From: Candidatus Levybacteria bacterium RBG_16_35_11 | Lineage (GTDB): Bacteria > Patescibacteriota > Microgenomatia > Levybacterales > UBA12049 | NCBI GenBank assembly: GCA_001781995.1 | Contig: MFNH01000071.1 | Span: 1 to 60,736 of the forward strand | Reading direction: 5' to 3' | Length of the DNA: 60,736 nucleotides | Notes under the pieces: model-generated | What the model was told of the DNA's origin: nothing | The model's input: the letters and a program-made list of their open reading frames with translations, nothing else | Databases searched by the model: none | Shown: piece after piece, positions 46,630 through 56,538 of the stretch | How positions within the stretch are numbered: position 1 is the stretch's first letter | Layout: each line of letters starts with the position of its first letter | Position numbers and translations under genes: made by a program

Positions 46630-48067
46630 CATAGCCACAATAACAAAAAGGTCAGTCCATGGCGTTTTCGCTCTTGTATCAAGAACCTTTTTTATTCAGT
46701 TAATTGCTTTTGTTACTAATTTTATCCTCACGATTTTTCTAACCCCTGCAACATTTGGTGTCTATTTTGTAGTTTCGGCGGCAATTAATTTCTTAGGCTA
46801 TTTTTCCGATATTGGACTGGCAGCGGCACTAATTCAAAAGAAGGAAGAAATAACCAGGGAAGAATTAAAAACCACATTTACAATCCAACAACTAATGGTA
46901 GTAACAATTGTAATTATAGCTTTACTTATTTCAAATTGGGTTGGTGCGTTTTATAAATTAAACTCCGATGGCGTTATCTTATTTCAGGCGCTGGCTATTG
47001 CTTTTTTCCTTTCGTCCTTAAAAACAATTCCATCAATTATTTTAGAAAGAAAGCTCTTTTTTCAAAAATTGGTCATTCCTCAAATTGTAGAAACAATTGT
47101 TTTTAGCGTTATTGTAGTTACCTTAGCGATAAAAGGTTATGGAATTGCAAGTTTTACTTATGCAGTTTTAGCAAGGGGTATATCTGGTTTAATAACAATG
47201 TATGTTGTTGCGCCATGGAAAATAGGTCTTGGTCTTTCTAAAAGTGCCGCAAGAAAACTTTTGTCCTTTGGCGTTCCTTTCCAACTAAACAGTGTCCTTG
47301 CTTTACTTAAGGATGATTTATTTATTGTTTATTTGGGAAAAGTTCTTCCAATTGCTCAAGTTGGTTACATTGGATTTGCTCAAAAATGGGCATTTACCCC
47401 CTTAAGACTTATAATGGACAACGTAATAAGAATTACCTTTCCATCTTTCTCAAGACTTCAGCATGAAAAAGAAGTTTTAGCAAGAGCAGTTGAAAAAGCA
47501 CTCTTTGCCTCATCTTTATTTATTTTTCCTTCAATAGTAGGACTGGTTACGCTTTTTCCTTATTTTATAAGAATTATTCCAAAATACGAAAAATGGGAGC
47601 CGGCAATATTATCCCTGATTTTTTTTGGAATTAGTGTTGTGTTTTCTTCAATTTCAACACCCCTAACAAATGCCTTAAATGCAATTGGACAAATTAAAAA
47701 AACTTTATATTTAATGATTTTTTGGACAGTTGCGACTTGGGTATTAACCCCAATATTAATACTTACTTTAGGATTTAATGGGGTAGCAATTGCTTCGGCT
47801 ATAATTTCCTTATCGGTGGTAGCTGTAGTTTTAATAATGAGAAGATATGTTAAATTTGATCCGTTTATTATCCGCTATCCTCTTTTATCTTCGCTGGTCA
47901 TGGGAATTTTTATTTATTTAGTAAGTTCTTTTCTGATAGTAGATCTGATTGGGCTTTTAATAATAATAATTGCTGCTATTGTGATATACTTTTTAACGAT
48001 GCTTATATTTGCTAAGCAGGAAATAACTTCGAATTTTCATCTTATAACTAAGAATCTTAGAGCATGA
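46616..48067 (+). CDS. Wzx-type oligo/polysaccharide flippase (MOP superfamily)
   Basis: 483 aa, about 12-14 TM segments, and an N-terminus typical of polysaccharide biosynthesis proteins. Confidence 0.75.
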   Translation: MEEIDIATITKRSVHGVFALVSRTFFIQLIAFVTNFILTIFLTPATFGVYFVVSAAINFLGYFSDIGLAAALIQKKEEITREELKTTFTIQQLMVVTIVIIALLISNWVGAFYKLNSDGVILFQALAIAFFLSSLKTIPSIILERKLFFQKLVIPQIVETIVFSVIVVTLAIKGYGIASFTYAVLARGISGLITMYVVAPWKIGLGLSKSAARKLLSFGVPFQLNSVLALLKDDLFIVYLGKVLPIAQVGYIGFAQKWAFTPLRLIMDNVIRITFPSFSRLQHEKEVLARAVEKALFASSLFIFPSIVGLVTLFPYFIRIIPKYEKWEPAILSLIFFGISVVFSSISTPLTNALNAIGQIKKTLYLMIFWTVATWVLTPILILTLGFNGVAIASAIISLSVVAVVLIMRRYVKFDPFIIRYPLLSSLVMGIFIYLVSSFLIVDLIGLLIIIIAAIVIYFLTMLIFAKQEITSNFHLITKNLRA

Positions 48068-48972
48068 AAAAACTTTCAGTTATTATATCGGCATTTAATG
48101 AAGAGAGGAAAATAGAAGATTGTCTAAAATCTGCAAAATTCGCCGATGAAATAGTCTTTGTTAACAATTCTTCCACTGACCAGACGAGGAAAATAGCCGA
48201 AAAATATACAGAAACAATTATAGATCAAAAAAATGATCCAAACAGAATTGATCGTCAAAAAAATGCGGGCATTGAAAAAGCCACAAACGAATGGGTTTTT
48301 ATACTAGATGCTGACGAGCGAATAACAGAAGAATTGGCAAGAGAAATAAAACAAACAATAAATAGCGAAACAAAATTTAGCGGATTTCGTATTCCAAGAA
48401 AAAACATTGCCTTTGGAAAATGGATACAGCATACAGGATGGTATCCCGATTACCAATTGCGCCTATTTAAAAAAGGTAAAGGAAGATTTTCTCAAGACTA
48501 TGTTCATCAAGTTTTGGAAGTGGATGGGGAAATTGGGCTTTTGGAAAATGATTTATTTCACCAAAACTATGAAAGCATAAATCAGTTCTTAAATAGAGCT
48601 GTAAATCTATATACTCCAAACGAAGCTGAGAAAAAAATAGCCCAAGGTTATGAGTTTTCTTTCTCGGATGCCATTAAACTTCCCTTCAACGAGTTTTTGA
48701 AACGTTTTTTTAAAGAAAAGGGGTTTAAAGATGGTTTTCACGGTTTAATATTAGCTATTCTAATGGCGTTTTACCATTTCATGGTTTTTGCTTATATCTG
48801 GGAGAAACAAAAATTCAAAGAAACCGACGAGAGCATGTTAAATTTAGCAAAGGATGAGTTTAAAAACATGGTTAGGGAAACCAATTATTGGATAGATACG
48901 GAAAAAATCGAGCAACATAAAAACCCCATAAGTAAAAGCCTCTTAAAAGTAAAAAGAAAACTTTCAAAATGA
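48064..48972 (+). CDS. GT2 glycosyltransferase
   Basis: SVIISAFNE and LDADE. Confidence 0.85.
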   Translation: MKKLSVIISAFNEERKIEDCLKSAKFADEIVFVNNSSTDQTRKIAEKYTETIIDQKNDPNRIDRQKNAGIEKATNEWVFILDADERITEELAREIKQTINSETKFSGFRIPRKNIAFGKWIQHTGWYPDYQLRLFKKGKGRFSQDYVHQVLEVDGEIGLLENDLFHQNYESINQFLNRAVNLYTPNEAEKKIAQGYEFSFSDAIKLPFNEFLKRFFKEKGFKDGFHGLILAILMAFYHFMVFAYIWEKQKFKETDESMLNLAKDEFKNMVRETNYWIDTEKIEQHKNPISKSLLKVKRKLSK

Positions 48973-49886
48973 ATCAGAAAATTTTTATAAATACACTGAA
49001 TTTTAATAATTCTGACATAACTCTTAAATTCCTAAATTCCCTTAGGGAATTGAATAAAAATGGTTTAAAACTATATGTAATTATAGTCGATAACTCAACA
49101 AAGGCAAAAATAAATATTAAAGAGGATGATTTTAAGGACCTTAATCTTAAGATTATTGATCCAATGGAAAATACTGGATTTGCTGCCGGAAACAACATTG
49201 CGATTAAACGAAGTTTGAAAGAATCCGCAGATTATATTCTGATAATAAATAATGACGTAATTTTGGATAAAGATTTACTTTTAGAACTATTGAAAAACGC
49301 CGAATCAGACGAGAAAACTGGAGTAGTTGTCCCTAAAATATATTTTGCAAAAGGTTATGAGTTTCATAAAGATAGATATAAAGAAGGAGAACTTGGACAT
49401 GTCTTTTGGTATGCGGGAGGAGAGATAGACTGGAAAAATATGATTGTCTCGCATAGGGGAGTTGATGAGGTTGATAAAGGACAATTTGAAAAGCAAATAG
49501 AAACAAATTTTGCAACCGGATGTTGCATGCTAGTTAAAGCCGAAGTATTTAAAAAAATAGGAATGTTTGATGAAAAATATTTTCTTTACTTTGAAGATGC
49601 CGATTTAAGCCAAAGAGTTAAAAAAGCAGGCTATAAGATCGTTTATACACCTAAGGCAATACTCTGGCATGAAAATGCCGGCTCTACCGGAGGTTCTGGT
49701 TCGAATCTTCAGGATTATTTTATAAGCAGAAATAGAATGCTTTTTGGCTTTAAATATGCCCCCCTTAGGACAAAGCTAGCTCTTATTAAAGAAAGCTTGT
49801 TGATTTTGTCAAAGGGAAGGCCAAGTCAGAAAAAAGGAGTAAGGGATTTTTATTTAGGAAGACTTGGGAAAGGAAGTTATAAATGA
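48969..49886 (+). CDS. GT2 glycosyltransferase (rhamnosyltransferase-like)
   Basis: VDNS, GFAAGNN and INNDV. Confidence 0.85.
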   Translation: MNQKIFINTLNFNNSDITLKFLNSLRELNKNGLKLYVIIVDNSTKAKINIKEDDFKDLNLKIIDPMENTGFAAGNNIAIKRSLKESADYILIINNDVILDKDLLLELLKNAESDEKTGVVVPKIYFAKGYEFHKDRYKEGELGHVFWYAGGEIDWKNMIVSHRGVDEVDKGQFEKQIETNFATGCCMLVKAEVFKKIGMFDEKYFLYFEDADLSQRVKKAGYKIVYTPKAILWHENAGSTGGSGSNLQDYFISRNRMLFGFKYAPLRTKLALIKESLLILSKGRPSQKKGVRDFYLGRLGKGSYK

Positions 49887-50638
49887 GAAAAATTAGCGCA
49901 ATCATAATTGCAAAAGATTCTGCTGAGTCTATAGCAAAAACACTTGACTCTGTTTCATTCTGTGACCAGGTAATCGTTGTTAACAATGATTCAAAAGACA
50001 ATACGGCAAAAATTGCAATGGATAAAAAAGCAGAAGTTTTTGACTATTCAGGCGATAACTTTTCAGAGATTAGAAATTTCGGACTCAAAAAAGCAGAAGG
50101 GGATTTTGTGCTGTATGTTGACTCTGATGAAATTATCAGTGAAGCGCTAAGGATGGAAATATTAAAAATTCTAAAAGGGGATTTTCTAAAATCAAGTTAC
50201 TTTGTAATGAGAAAAAACTTCTATTTTGGCAATTACCAATGGCCAAAAGAGGAAAAAATCGAGAGACTGTTTCTAAAAAGTGCTCTAAAGGGTTGGCAAG
50301 GTAGGATTCACGAAAGCCCAATGGTCTTAGGAGAAAAAGGCATGTTAAAAGGATATCTTTTACACTATACCCATAAAGATTTAACCTCTATGTTAAATAA
50401 AACAATTGAGTGGTCAAAAATAGAAGCAGATCTTCGTTTTAGATCGAACCATCCTAAAATGACGTGGTGGAGGTTTCCAAGAGTTATGATAACTGCTTTT
50501 TTTGACTCTTATTTTAAAAAGAGGGGATACAAGGCAGGAACAATTGGAGTTATTGAAAGCATTTTTCAAGCCTACAGTGCTTTTACCACCTATGCAAGAC
50601 TCTGGGAAATGCAGCAGAAAAATGAAAAAAATCCTTAA
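49883..50638 (+). CDS. GT2 glycosyltransferase
   Basis: SAIIIAKD and VDSDE; similar in layout to the 48064 gene. Confidence 0.8.
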   Translation: MRKISAIIIAKDSAESIAKTLDSVSFCDQVIVVNNDSKDNTAKIAMDKKAEVFDYSGDNFSEIRNFGLKKAEGDFVLYVDSDEIISEALRMEILKILKGDFLKSSYFVMRKNFYFGNYQWPKEEKIERLFLKSALKGWQGRIHESPMVLGEKGMLKGYLLHYTHKDLTSMLNKTIEWSKIEADLRFRSNHPKMTWWRFPRVMITAFFDSYFKKRGYKAGTIGVIESIFQAYSAFTTYARLWEMQQKNEKNP

Positions 50639-52937
50639 ATTTTTTCCGCAGATTTTCTTATTCTTAATTTGGCTAATATTTTCATATCCATATTTTCTTA
50701 AGGGATTAACCCCTTTTCCTTCAAAATACTTGGTTAGTTTTTTTTCTCCCTGGAATAATTACTTTGAATTTCCAGGTCCTATTAAAAACAACGCAATGCC
50801 GGATATTATTACTCAAATTTATCCCTGGAAGCACTTGGCTATCTCAGCCTGGTCGCAATTTCAAATACCTCTTTGGAATCCCTTCAGTTTTTCCGGAACC
50901 CCACTTTTAGCAAACTATCAATCAGGTGTCTTTTCCCCCTTTAATATATTATTTTTTATTTTCCCATTTATAGATGCATGGTCAATCTTAGTATTACTTC
51001 AGCCTTTACTAGCAGGAGTTTTTATGTATCTTTTATTAAGAAGTCTTTTAGTATCAAAAACAGGGAGCCTTATCTCTGCCATATCTTTTATGTTTTGTGG
51101 ATTTATTGTTTCATGGATGGGCTATGCAACGCTAGGTTTCGCAATTTTATTTTTGCCTCTTTCTCTTTTTGCAATAGAAAAGTTTTTTACTACTTCTAAA
51201 AAAATCTACCCTTTAATACTTTCACTTTCTATCCCGCTGTCTTTTTTCTCGGGACACTTTCAAATCAGTATCTATTTTTCCTTTTTTATGATTTCTTTCC
51301 TTATCTACAGAACAATTTCAGGTAGAAAAATAAAGTTGGGGATCCAAGCTTTTCTTTTTGTAATTTTTGGTTTTCTCTTAACTATGCCTCAGTTATTGCC
51401 ATCTATTGAGACGTATCTTCAATCGGGAAGAAGCGGGATTTTTCAAAGGATCGAGATAATTCCCTGGCAATACATAACTACTCTCTTTGCGCCTGATTTT
51501 TTTGGCAATCCGGTTACAAGAAATGACTGGTTTGGTCATTATGCTGAATGGAACGGTTACATTGGACTTATCCCACTAATACTTGCTATTTATTCAATAT
51601 TGAACATAAAAAAGAACAAAACACTTTTTCTACTCATTGTTGGTCTTTTTGCTTTTTTTATTGCCTATAATACTCCGCTTACTAATCTTATCTTATACTT
51701 AAAAGTTCCGGTTCTTAGCACTAGCGCGGCAAGTAGAATTATTGTTCTTTTTAGCTTTTCATTTGCCGTTTTAGCCGGAATTGGCTATGATCAACTACTA
51801 ACAGACTTTAGTAAGAAAAAAATTAAAAAGATAACTCTTTGGCTTTCTTTTATATTTTTAATTTTTCTAACGCTTTGGGTAATTGTCCTTTTAAAGTTTT
51901 TTTTGCCAACTGAAGGTGCAATTATTGCAAGGCAAAACTTAATTCTTCCCTCTGGCATGCTTTTTTTAGCTATCTTTCTAATCCTAATTTCTGCTCTTTT
52001 TAGGAAAAAAGCGATTCTTCTTATACTTGTTTTTCTTACTGCATTTGATCTTCTTCGTTTTGCAATAAAATGGCAGTCTTTTGATTCCAAAAATTTGGTT
52101 TTTGGAAAAACTCCGGTTATTGAAAAGCTTGAAAAAATACAAAAAAATGGAAGAATCTTAGGAAACTTTGGAGCAGAGGTAACTAACTATTATGAATTGC
52201 CTTCAATTGAGGGCTATGATGCTGTTTATGCTAAAAGATATGGTCAATTAATAGCATCATTGAAAAGCGGTAAGCTGTCTGACTCTCCAAGGTCGGTTGT
52301 TTCCTTCCCAAATGATTCTTTGTTTGCATCAAAAGCAGCCAATCTTTTAAGCATTGACTATATTGTTCATAAGATTTCAGATGGAAATAATTCTTGGGTG
52401 TTTCCTTTCTGGAAATATCCTGATCAATTTAAACTGGTTTTTAAAGACCAAAAATATGAAATTTACCAAAATGCAAGAGCGTATCCCTTTGCATTTCTCG
52501 TTAATGGCTACGTTGTTGAGAAAGATCCGCAAAATATTTTAAATATCATGCTATCTAACGACTTTGACTTAAGAAACGAAATCGTTTTAGAGGAAGGCGT
52601 TAATAACTTTGCTTTAAAAAATGATAGTCAAATGGGTGAAGTGGAAATTTTAACCCGTTCTTTTAATAAAATTAATATTCAAACAGAATCAAAGGTGAAT
52701 AAACTTTTATTTATTTCTAACTCTTTCTCAAATGGATGGAATGCAAAGATAGATGGCAAAAAGGCAAAAGTATATAGAGCCGATTTTACTTTTCAGGCAA
52801 TACCAATAGAAAAGGGATTTCATAAAGTTGAATTAGAGTATTATCCGATGGGTTTAAAGATAGGATATTTGCTGGCCATTATAGGGGGACTGGGGATTAT
52901 CTTTTTTACTTCCAAAACTTCAATTCGGAAATTTTGA
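50622..52937 (+). CDS. YfhO-family membrane glycosyltransferase, paralog 2
   Basis: PLWNPFSFSGTPLLANYQSGVFSPFN. The start is moved to MKKILKF (ATG 50622), overlapping the preceding gene by 17 nt. Confidence 0.78.
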   Translation: MKKILKFFPQIFLFLIWLIFSYPYFLKGLTPFPSKYLVSFFSPWNNYFEFPGPIKNNAMPDIITQIYPWKHLAISAWSQFQIPLWNPFSFSGTPLLANYQSGVFSPFNILFFIFPFIDAWSILVLLQPLLAGVFMYLLLRSLLVSKTGSLISAISFMFCGFIVSWMGYATLGFAILFLPLSLFAIEKFFTTSKKIYPLILSLSIPLSFFSGHFQISIYFSFFMISFLIYRTISGRKIKLGIQAFLFVIFGFLLTMPQLLPSIETYLQSGRSGIFQRIEIIPWQYITTLFAPDFFGNPVTRNDWFGHYAEWNGYIGLIPLILAIYSILNIKKNKTLFLLIVGLFAFFIAYNTPLTNLILYLKVPVLSTSAASRIIVLFSFSFAVLAGIGYDQLLTDFSKKKIKKITLWLSFIFLIFLTLWVIVLLKFFLPTEGAIIARQNLILPSGMLFLAIFLILISALFRKKAILLILVFLTAFDLLRFAIKWQSFDSKNLVFGKTPVIEKLEKIQKNGRILGNFGAEVTNYYELPSIEGYDAVYAKRYGQLIASLKSGKLSDSPRSVVSFPNDSLFASKAANLLSIDYIVHKISDGNNSWVFPFWKYPDQFKLVFKDQKYEIYQNARAYPFAFLVNGYVVEKDPQNILNIMLSNDFDLRNEIVLEEGVNNFALKNDSQMGEVEILTRSFNKINIQTESKVNKLLFISNSFSNGWNAKIDGKKAKVYRADFTFQAIPIEKGFHKVELEYYPMGLKIGYLLAIIGGLGIIFFTSKTSIRKF

Positions 52938-53136
52938 ACCTCTTTTTAGCAAATCCAAAAAGGTAAACAAGCTCCAAAATGCCGACGGTGTTAAAAATTA
53001 ACATTACAATAAACCAGATTCGTTGGTTAAGGGTTGCCGCTCTCCATAAAGCAAGTCCCTTCCACAAAAGAGACCAAATAAAAATTATAAATAGGGAAAT
53101 AGGTGAAAATTGTCCAAGGTCAGGGACTCCAGCCAT
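52906..53136 (-). CDS. small two-TM membrane protein (DUF5652-like?)
   Basis: WKGLALWRAA...NTVGILELVYLF. It is the only minus-strand gene inside the supercluster. Confidence 0.45.
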   Translation of the reverse strand: MAGVPDLGQFSPISLFIIFIWSLLWKGLALWRAATLNQRIWFIVMLIFNTVGILELVYLFGFAKKRFKISELKFWK

Positions 53137-53166
53137 AAAATAATTATTACACCAAATACATTAAGT

Positions 53167-53194
53167 TTGCAAGAGGTATAAAAACTGATAAAAT
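53167..53194 (+). promoter_or_regulatory. promoter TTGCAA-16nt-TAAAAT, 7 nt upstream of GTG 53202
   Basis: TTGCAA at 53167-53172 and TAAAAT at 53189-53194. Confidence 0.45.
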
Positions 53195-53201
53195 AAAGTG
53201 T

Positions 53202-54269
53202 GTGAAAGTAGGCATTTTTGACCCTTATTTGGATGATTTAGGCGGCGGGGAAAAATACATGATGAAAATTAGTCAGTGCCTTGTCGACAATAACGATGTT
53301 TACGTATTTTGGGACGAAAAAAAAGACCTTATAAGACTAAAAGAAAGATTTCTTCTTGATCTTTCAAGAATAAAAATTACTAAGAATATCTTTTCGAAAA
53401 ACATAACCCGTCTTAAAAGATTTTCGGAAAGCAGAAAATACGATGTTATTATTGTTTTAAGTGATGGGAGCATACCCTTGCTTTCCGCTAAAAAACTATT
53501 TATCCATTTTCAGCAACCGCTTAATATTAAAGCTAATTTTAATACCAAACTTAAGATAAAAAGAGTTAAAGGTTTTTTTTGCAATTCTTATTTCACCAAA
53601 TCTTATGTTGATAAATCATTTGGAATAAATTCACAAGTGCTGTATCCACCAGTTGAACTTAAACCAAAAAATCTTAAAAAAGAAAATATTATTCTCCATG
53701 TCGGTCGATTCAGAGTAAGACATGTTGGAAATGCGACAATAGATTATAAAAAACAAGATTTTATGATCGGAGTCTTTAAAAAAATGGTAAATAACGGACT
53801 TAAAAACTGGAAATTTATTTTAGCAGTTAGCGTTAAAGAGAATGAGCAAGAGCTATTTGAAGAACTTATTAAGAAAGCAAAAGGTTTTCCAATAGAATTT
53901 TTAATAAGTAAAAACAATGATCAGTTATGGGATGCCTATTCAAGAGCGAAAATTTACTGGCATGCTTCTGGATTTGGAGAAAATTTAGAGGATCATCCCG
54001 AATATGCGGAACATTTCGGTATTTCAACAGTTGAAGCAATGGGAGCAGGGGCGGTACCGGTTGTAATTAATGCAGGGGGACAAAAAGAAATTGTTAAAGA
54101 TAATGAAAATGGCCTTTTGTGGATAACGGAAGACGAATTAATCGAAAAAACAATGCTTTTAACAGCAGATGAAAAAAAGAGAGTTAAACTTTCTCAAAAT
54201 GCTATTAATAGAGCTAAGTTTTTTTCAGGCGAACGCTTTTGCAGAGAACTTGTAGAAATAATTGGATGA
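53202..54269 (+). CDS. GT4 (GT-B fold) glycosyltransferase
   Basis: EHFGISTVEAMGAGAVPVV (EX7E region). Confidence 0.85.
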   Translation: MKVGIFDPYLDDLGGGEKYMMKISQCLVDNNDVYVFWDEKKDLIRLKERFLLDLSRIKITKNIFSKNITRLKRFSESRKYDVIIVLSDGSIPLLSAKKLFIHFQQPLNIKANFNTKLKIKRVKGFFCNSYFTKSYVDKSFGINSQVLYPPVELKPKNLKKENIILHVGRFRVRHVGNATIDYKKQDFMIGVFKKMVNNGLKNWKFILAVSVKENEQELFEELIKKAKGFPIEFLISKNNDQLWDAYSRAKIYWHASGFGENLEDHPEYAEHFGISTVEAMGAGAVPVVINAGGQKEIVKDNENGLLWITEDELIEKTMLLTADEKKRVKLSQNAINRAKFFSGERFCRELVEIIG

Positions 54270-56518
54270 AGAAATTTGTTTTTATTCCGTTATTTTTAAT
54301 AATAACGATAATTTTCTTTTACCCGACTTTTTTAAAAGGATTATTGCCAATTCCTTCAGATACAGTAGTTGGTTTATATCATCCATTTAGGGATTTTTTT
54401 GCTAATCAATTTCCTAATGGAATACCTTTTAAGAATTTCCTCTTAACAGATCCTGTTAGGCAGCAATATCCTTGGAAAGAATTGTCAATCTCCCTGCTTA
54501 AGATAAACGAGCTTCCCCTTTGGAATCCATTCAACCTTTCAGGGACACCACTTTTGGCAAATTTTCAATCTTCTCCCTTTTATATTTTAAACATAATGCT
54601 TTTTTTTATGCCGTTTAAATACGGCTGGTCACTTTTGGTAATCTCTCAGATTTTTCTCTCCTGCCTATTTCTATATCTTTATTTAAAAAATCTTAAATTA
54701 AGTATCGGTGCTTCCATCTTTGGCGCTCTTGCCTTTTCCTTTTCTGGGTTTTCAATAGCCTGGCTTGAATGGGGAACAATTCTCCAAACAGCGCTGTGGC
54801 TTCCCTTAATTCTTTATTCAATCGACAAAGTCTTTTTCTCTAAGAAAAAAACTTTTTATTTAATATTATTAATTCTTTCACTTTGCTTTTCTCTTTTTGC
54901 AGGTCATCCTCAGCTTTCTTTTTACGTTTTAATTTTTTTTGTAGCCTATTTTTTCTCCCGTTTTCTACAACAACGAAAGAAAGAGTTTATCTTAATATTT
55001 TTCTATACTGTTATTCCTTTTTTGGTAATAACTTCTATTCAGTGGTTGCCATCTTTGCAATTTAATTTTCTTTCGGCAAGATCCATTGACCAAAATTGGC
55101 AAATTGAAGGATGGTTTATTCCTTGGCAAAACTTAATTCAGTTTATAGCCCCGGATTTTTTTGGAAACCCCGCAACATTAAACTATTGGGGAATCTGGAA
55201 TTACGGAGAGCTTGTTAATTATTTGGGAATTCTCCCTTTTATCTTTGGAGTTTTTTGTCTTTTTTATAGGAAAGACAGAAAAACACTATTTTTTGGAACT
55301 GCTTTTTTCCTTTCACTTATTTTTTCCCTTCCTACAATATTTGCAAAGCTTCCGTATTTATTTAAGGTTCCTTTAATTTCCGGTTTTCAACCAACCCGCC
55401 TAAACTTTATTACCGATTTTTCTATGGCTGTATTGGCAGCAATGGGAATTGATTATTTTGCGAAGCAAAAGACGGATAGTCACTTTTATAAGAAAAAAAA
55501 GAATGTTTTTTATCCGGTTATTTTTACGGGTTTAATTTTAGTAGTGCTTTGGGTTTTTGTTCTAAAGGGAGATTTACTTTTAAAACAAATATCCTCTTCA
55601 GATTTGCTGGTATCAAAAAATAATCTTTATCTTCCCACACTAATATTCTTAGTAAGTATTCTTATCCTTTTTCTTTCGGTTTTTAAGAAAAAAAAGGAAA
55701 TTTTTTATAGCTTAATTATTCTGGTTTTAATTTTCGATCTCTTCCGTTTTGGCTGGAAATTTACTCCTTTTTCTTCGGCTAATTATCTTTTCCCAAATAC
55801 AAAGATAACAACCTTTCTGGAAAAAGCAGAAAAACCTTTTAGAATTATGTCTTCCGATTCAAGGATTTTACCGCCTAATTTTTCAAGCGTTTATAAAATA
55901 GAAAGCATAGAAGGCTATGATCCTCTTTATTTACTTAGATACGGAGAACTTATTGCCGCCATGGAGAGGGGGAAACCGGATATTTCCCCACCCTTTGGAT
56001 TTAACAGAATCATTACGCCTCATAATTATAAATCTCCATTAATTAATTTATTAGGAGTAAAGTATCTTCTTACCTTTGACGAAGTTTTCGACCAAGGCTT
56101 TAATAAAGTTTTGTCAGAAGGAAAAACGAATGTCTATGAAAATAAAAATGCTTTACCAAGAGCTTTTTTTATAGAGCAAACAATTAATGCTAAAAACAAA
56201 CAAGAGGCAATTAATCTTTTATTTAAAAATAGTGCAAGTTTAAATAAGTTAGCGATTGTAGAGGGAGCAAGTAATATAAATTTAAAGAATTGGACAGTAG
56301 GAGAGGCTAAGATATTGGAATATAAGGAAAATAAAATAATAATTGAAACCGAAAATAGAAAAGAAGGATTTTTGGTTTTAACGGATAGCTTTTATCCGAC
56401 ATGGCATGTTAAGATTAACGGGAATGAAGGTTCGATTTACAGGACGGATTATAATTTTAGGGGAGTAATTATTCCTGCAGGATCTCATAAAGTAGAATTT
56501 TATAATACCCTTTTCTAA
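54266..56518 (+). CDS. YfhO-family membrane glycosyltransferase, paralog 3
   Basis: PLWNPFNLSGTPLLANFQSSPFY and C-terminal FYPTWHVKINGNE. The ATGA overlap with the GT4 gene sets the start. Confidence 0.78.
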   Translation: MKKFVFIPLFLIITIIFFYPTFLKGLLPIPSDTVVGLYHPFRDFFANQFPNGIPFKNFLLTDPVRQQYPWKELSISLLKINELPLWNPFNLSGTPLLANFQSSPFYILNIMLFFMPFKYGWSLLVISQIFLSCLFLYLYLKNLKLSIGASIFGALAFSFSGFSIAWLEWGTILQTALWLPLILYSIDKVFFSKKKTFYLILLILSLCFSLFAGHPQLSFYVLIFFVAYFFSRFLQQRKKEFILIFFYTVIPFLVITSIQWLPSLQFNFLSARSIDQNWQIEGWFIPWQNLIQFIAPDFFGNPATLNYWGIWNYGELVNYLGILPFIFGVFCLFYRKDRKTLFFGTAFFLSLIFSLPTIFAKLPYLFKVPLISGFQPTRLNFITDFSMAVLAAMGIDYFAKQKTDSHFYKKKKNVFYPVIFTGLILVVLWVFVLKGDLLLKQISSSDLLVSKNNLYLPTLIFLVSILILFLSVFKKKKEIFYSLIILVLIFDLFRFGWKFTPFSSANYLFPNTKITTFLEKAEKPFRIMSSDSRILPPNFSSVYKIESIEGYDPLYLLRYGELIAAMERGKPDISPPFGFNRIITPHNYKSPLINLLGVKYLLTFDEVFDQGFNKVLSEGKTNVYENKNALPRAFFIEQTINAKNKQEAINLLFKNSASLNKLAIVEGASNINLKNWTVGEAKILEYKENKIIIETENRKEGFLVLTDSFYPTWHVKINGNEGSIYRTDYNFRGVIIPAGSHKVEFYNTLF

Positions 56519-56538
56519 ATGGAGATACATTTTTCTAT

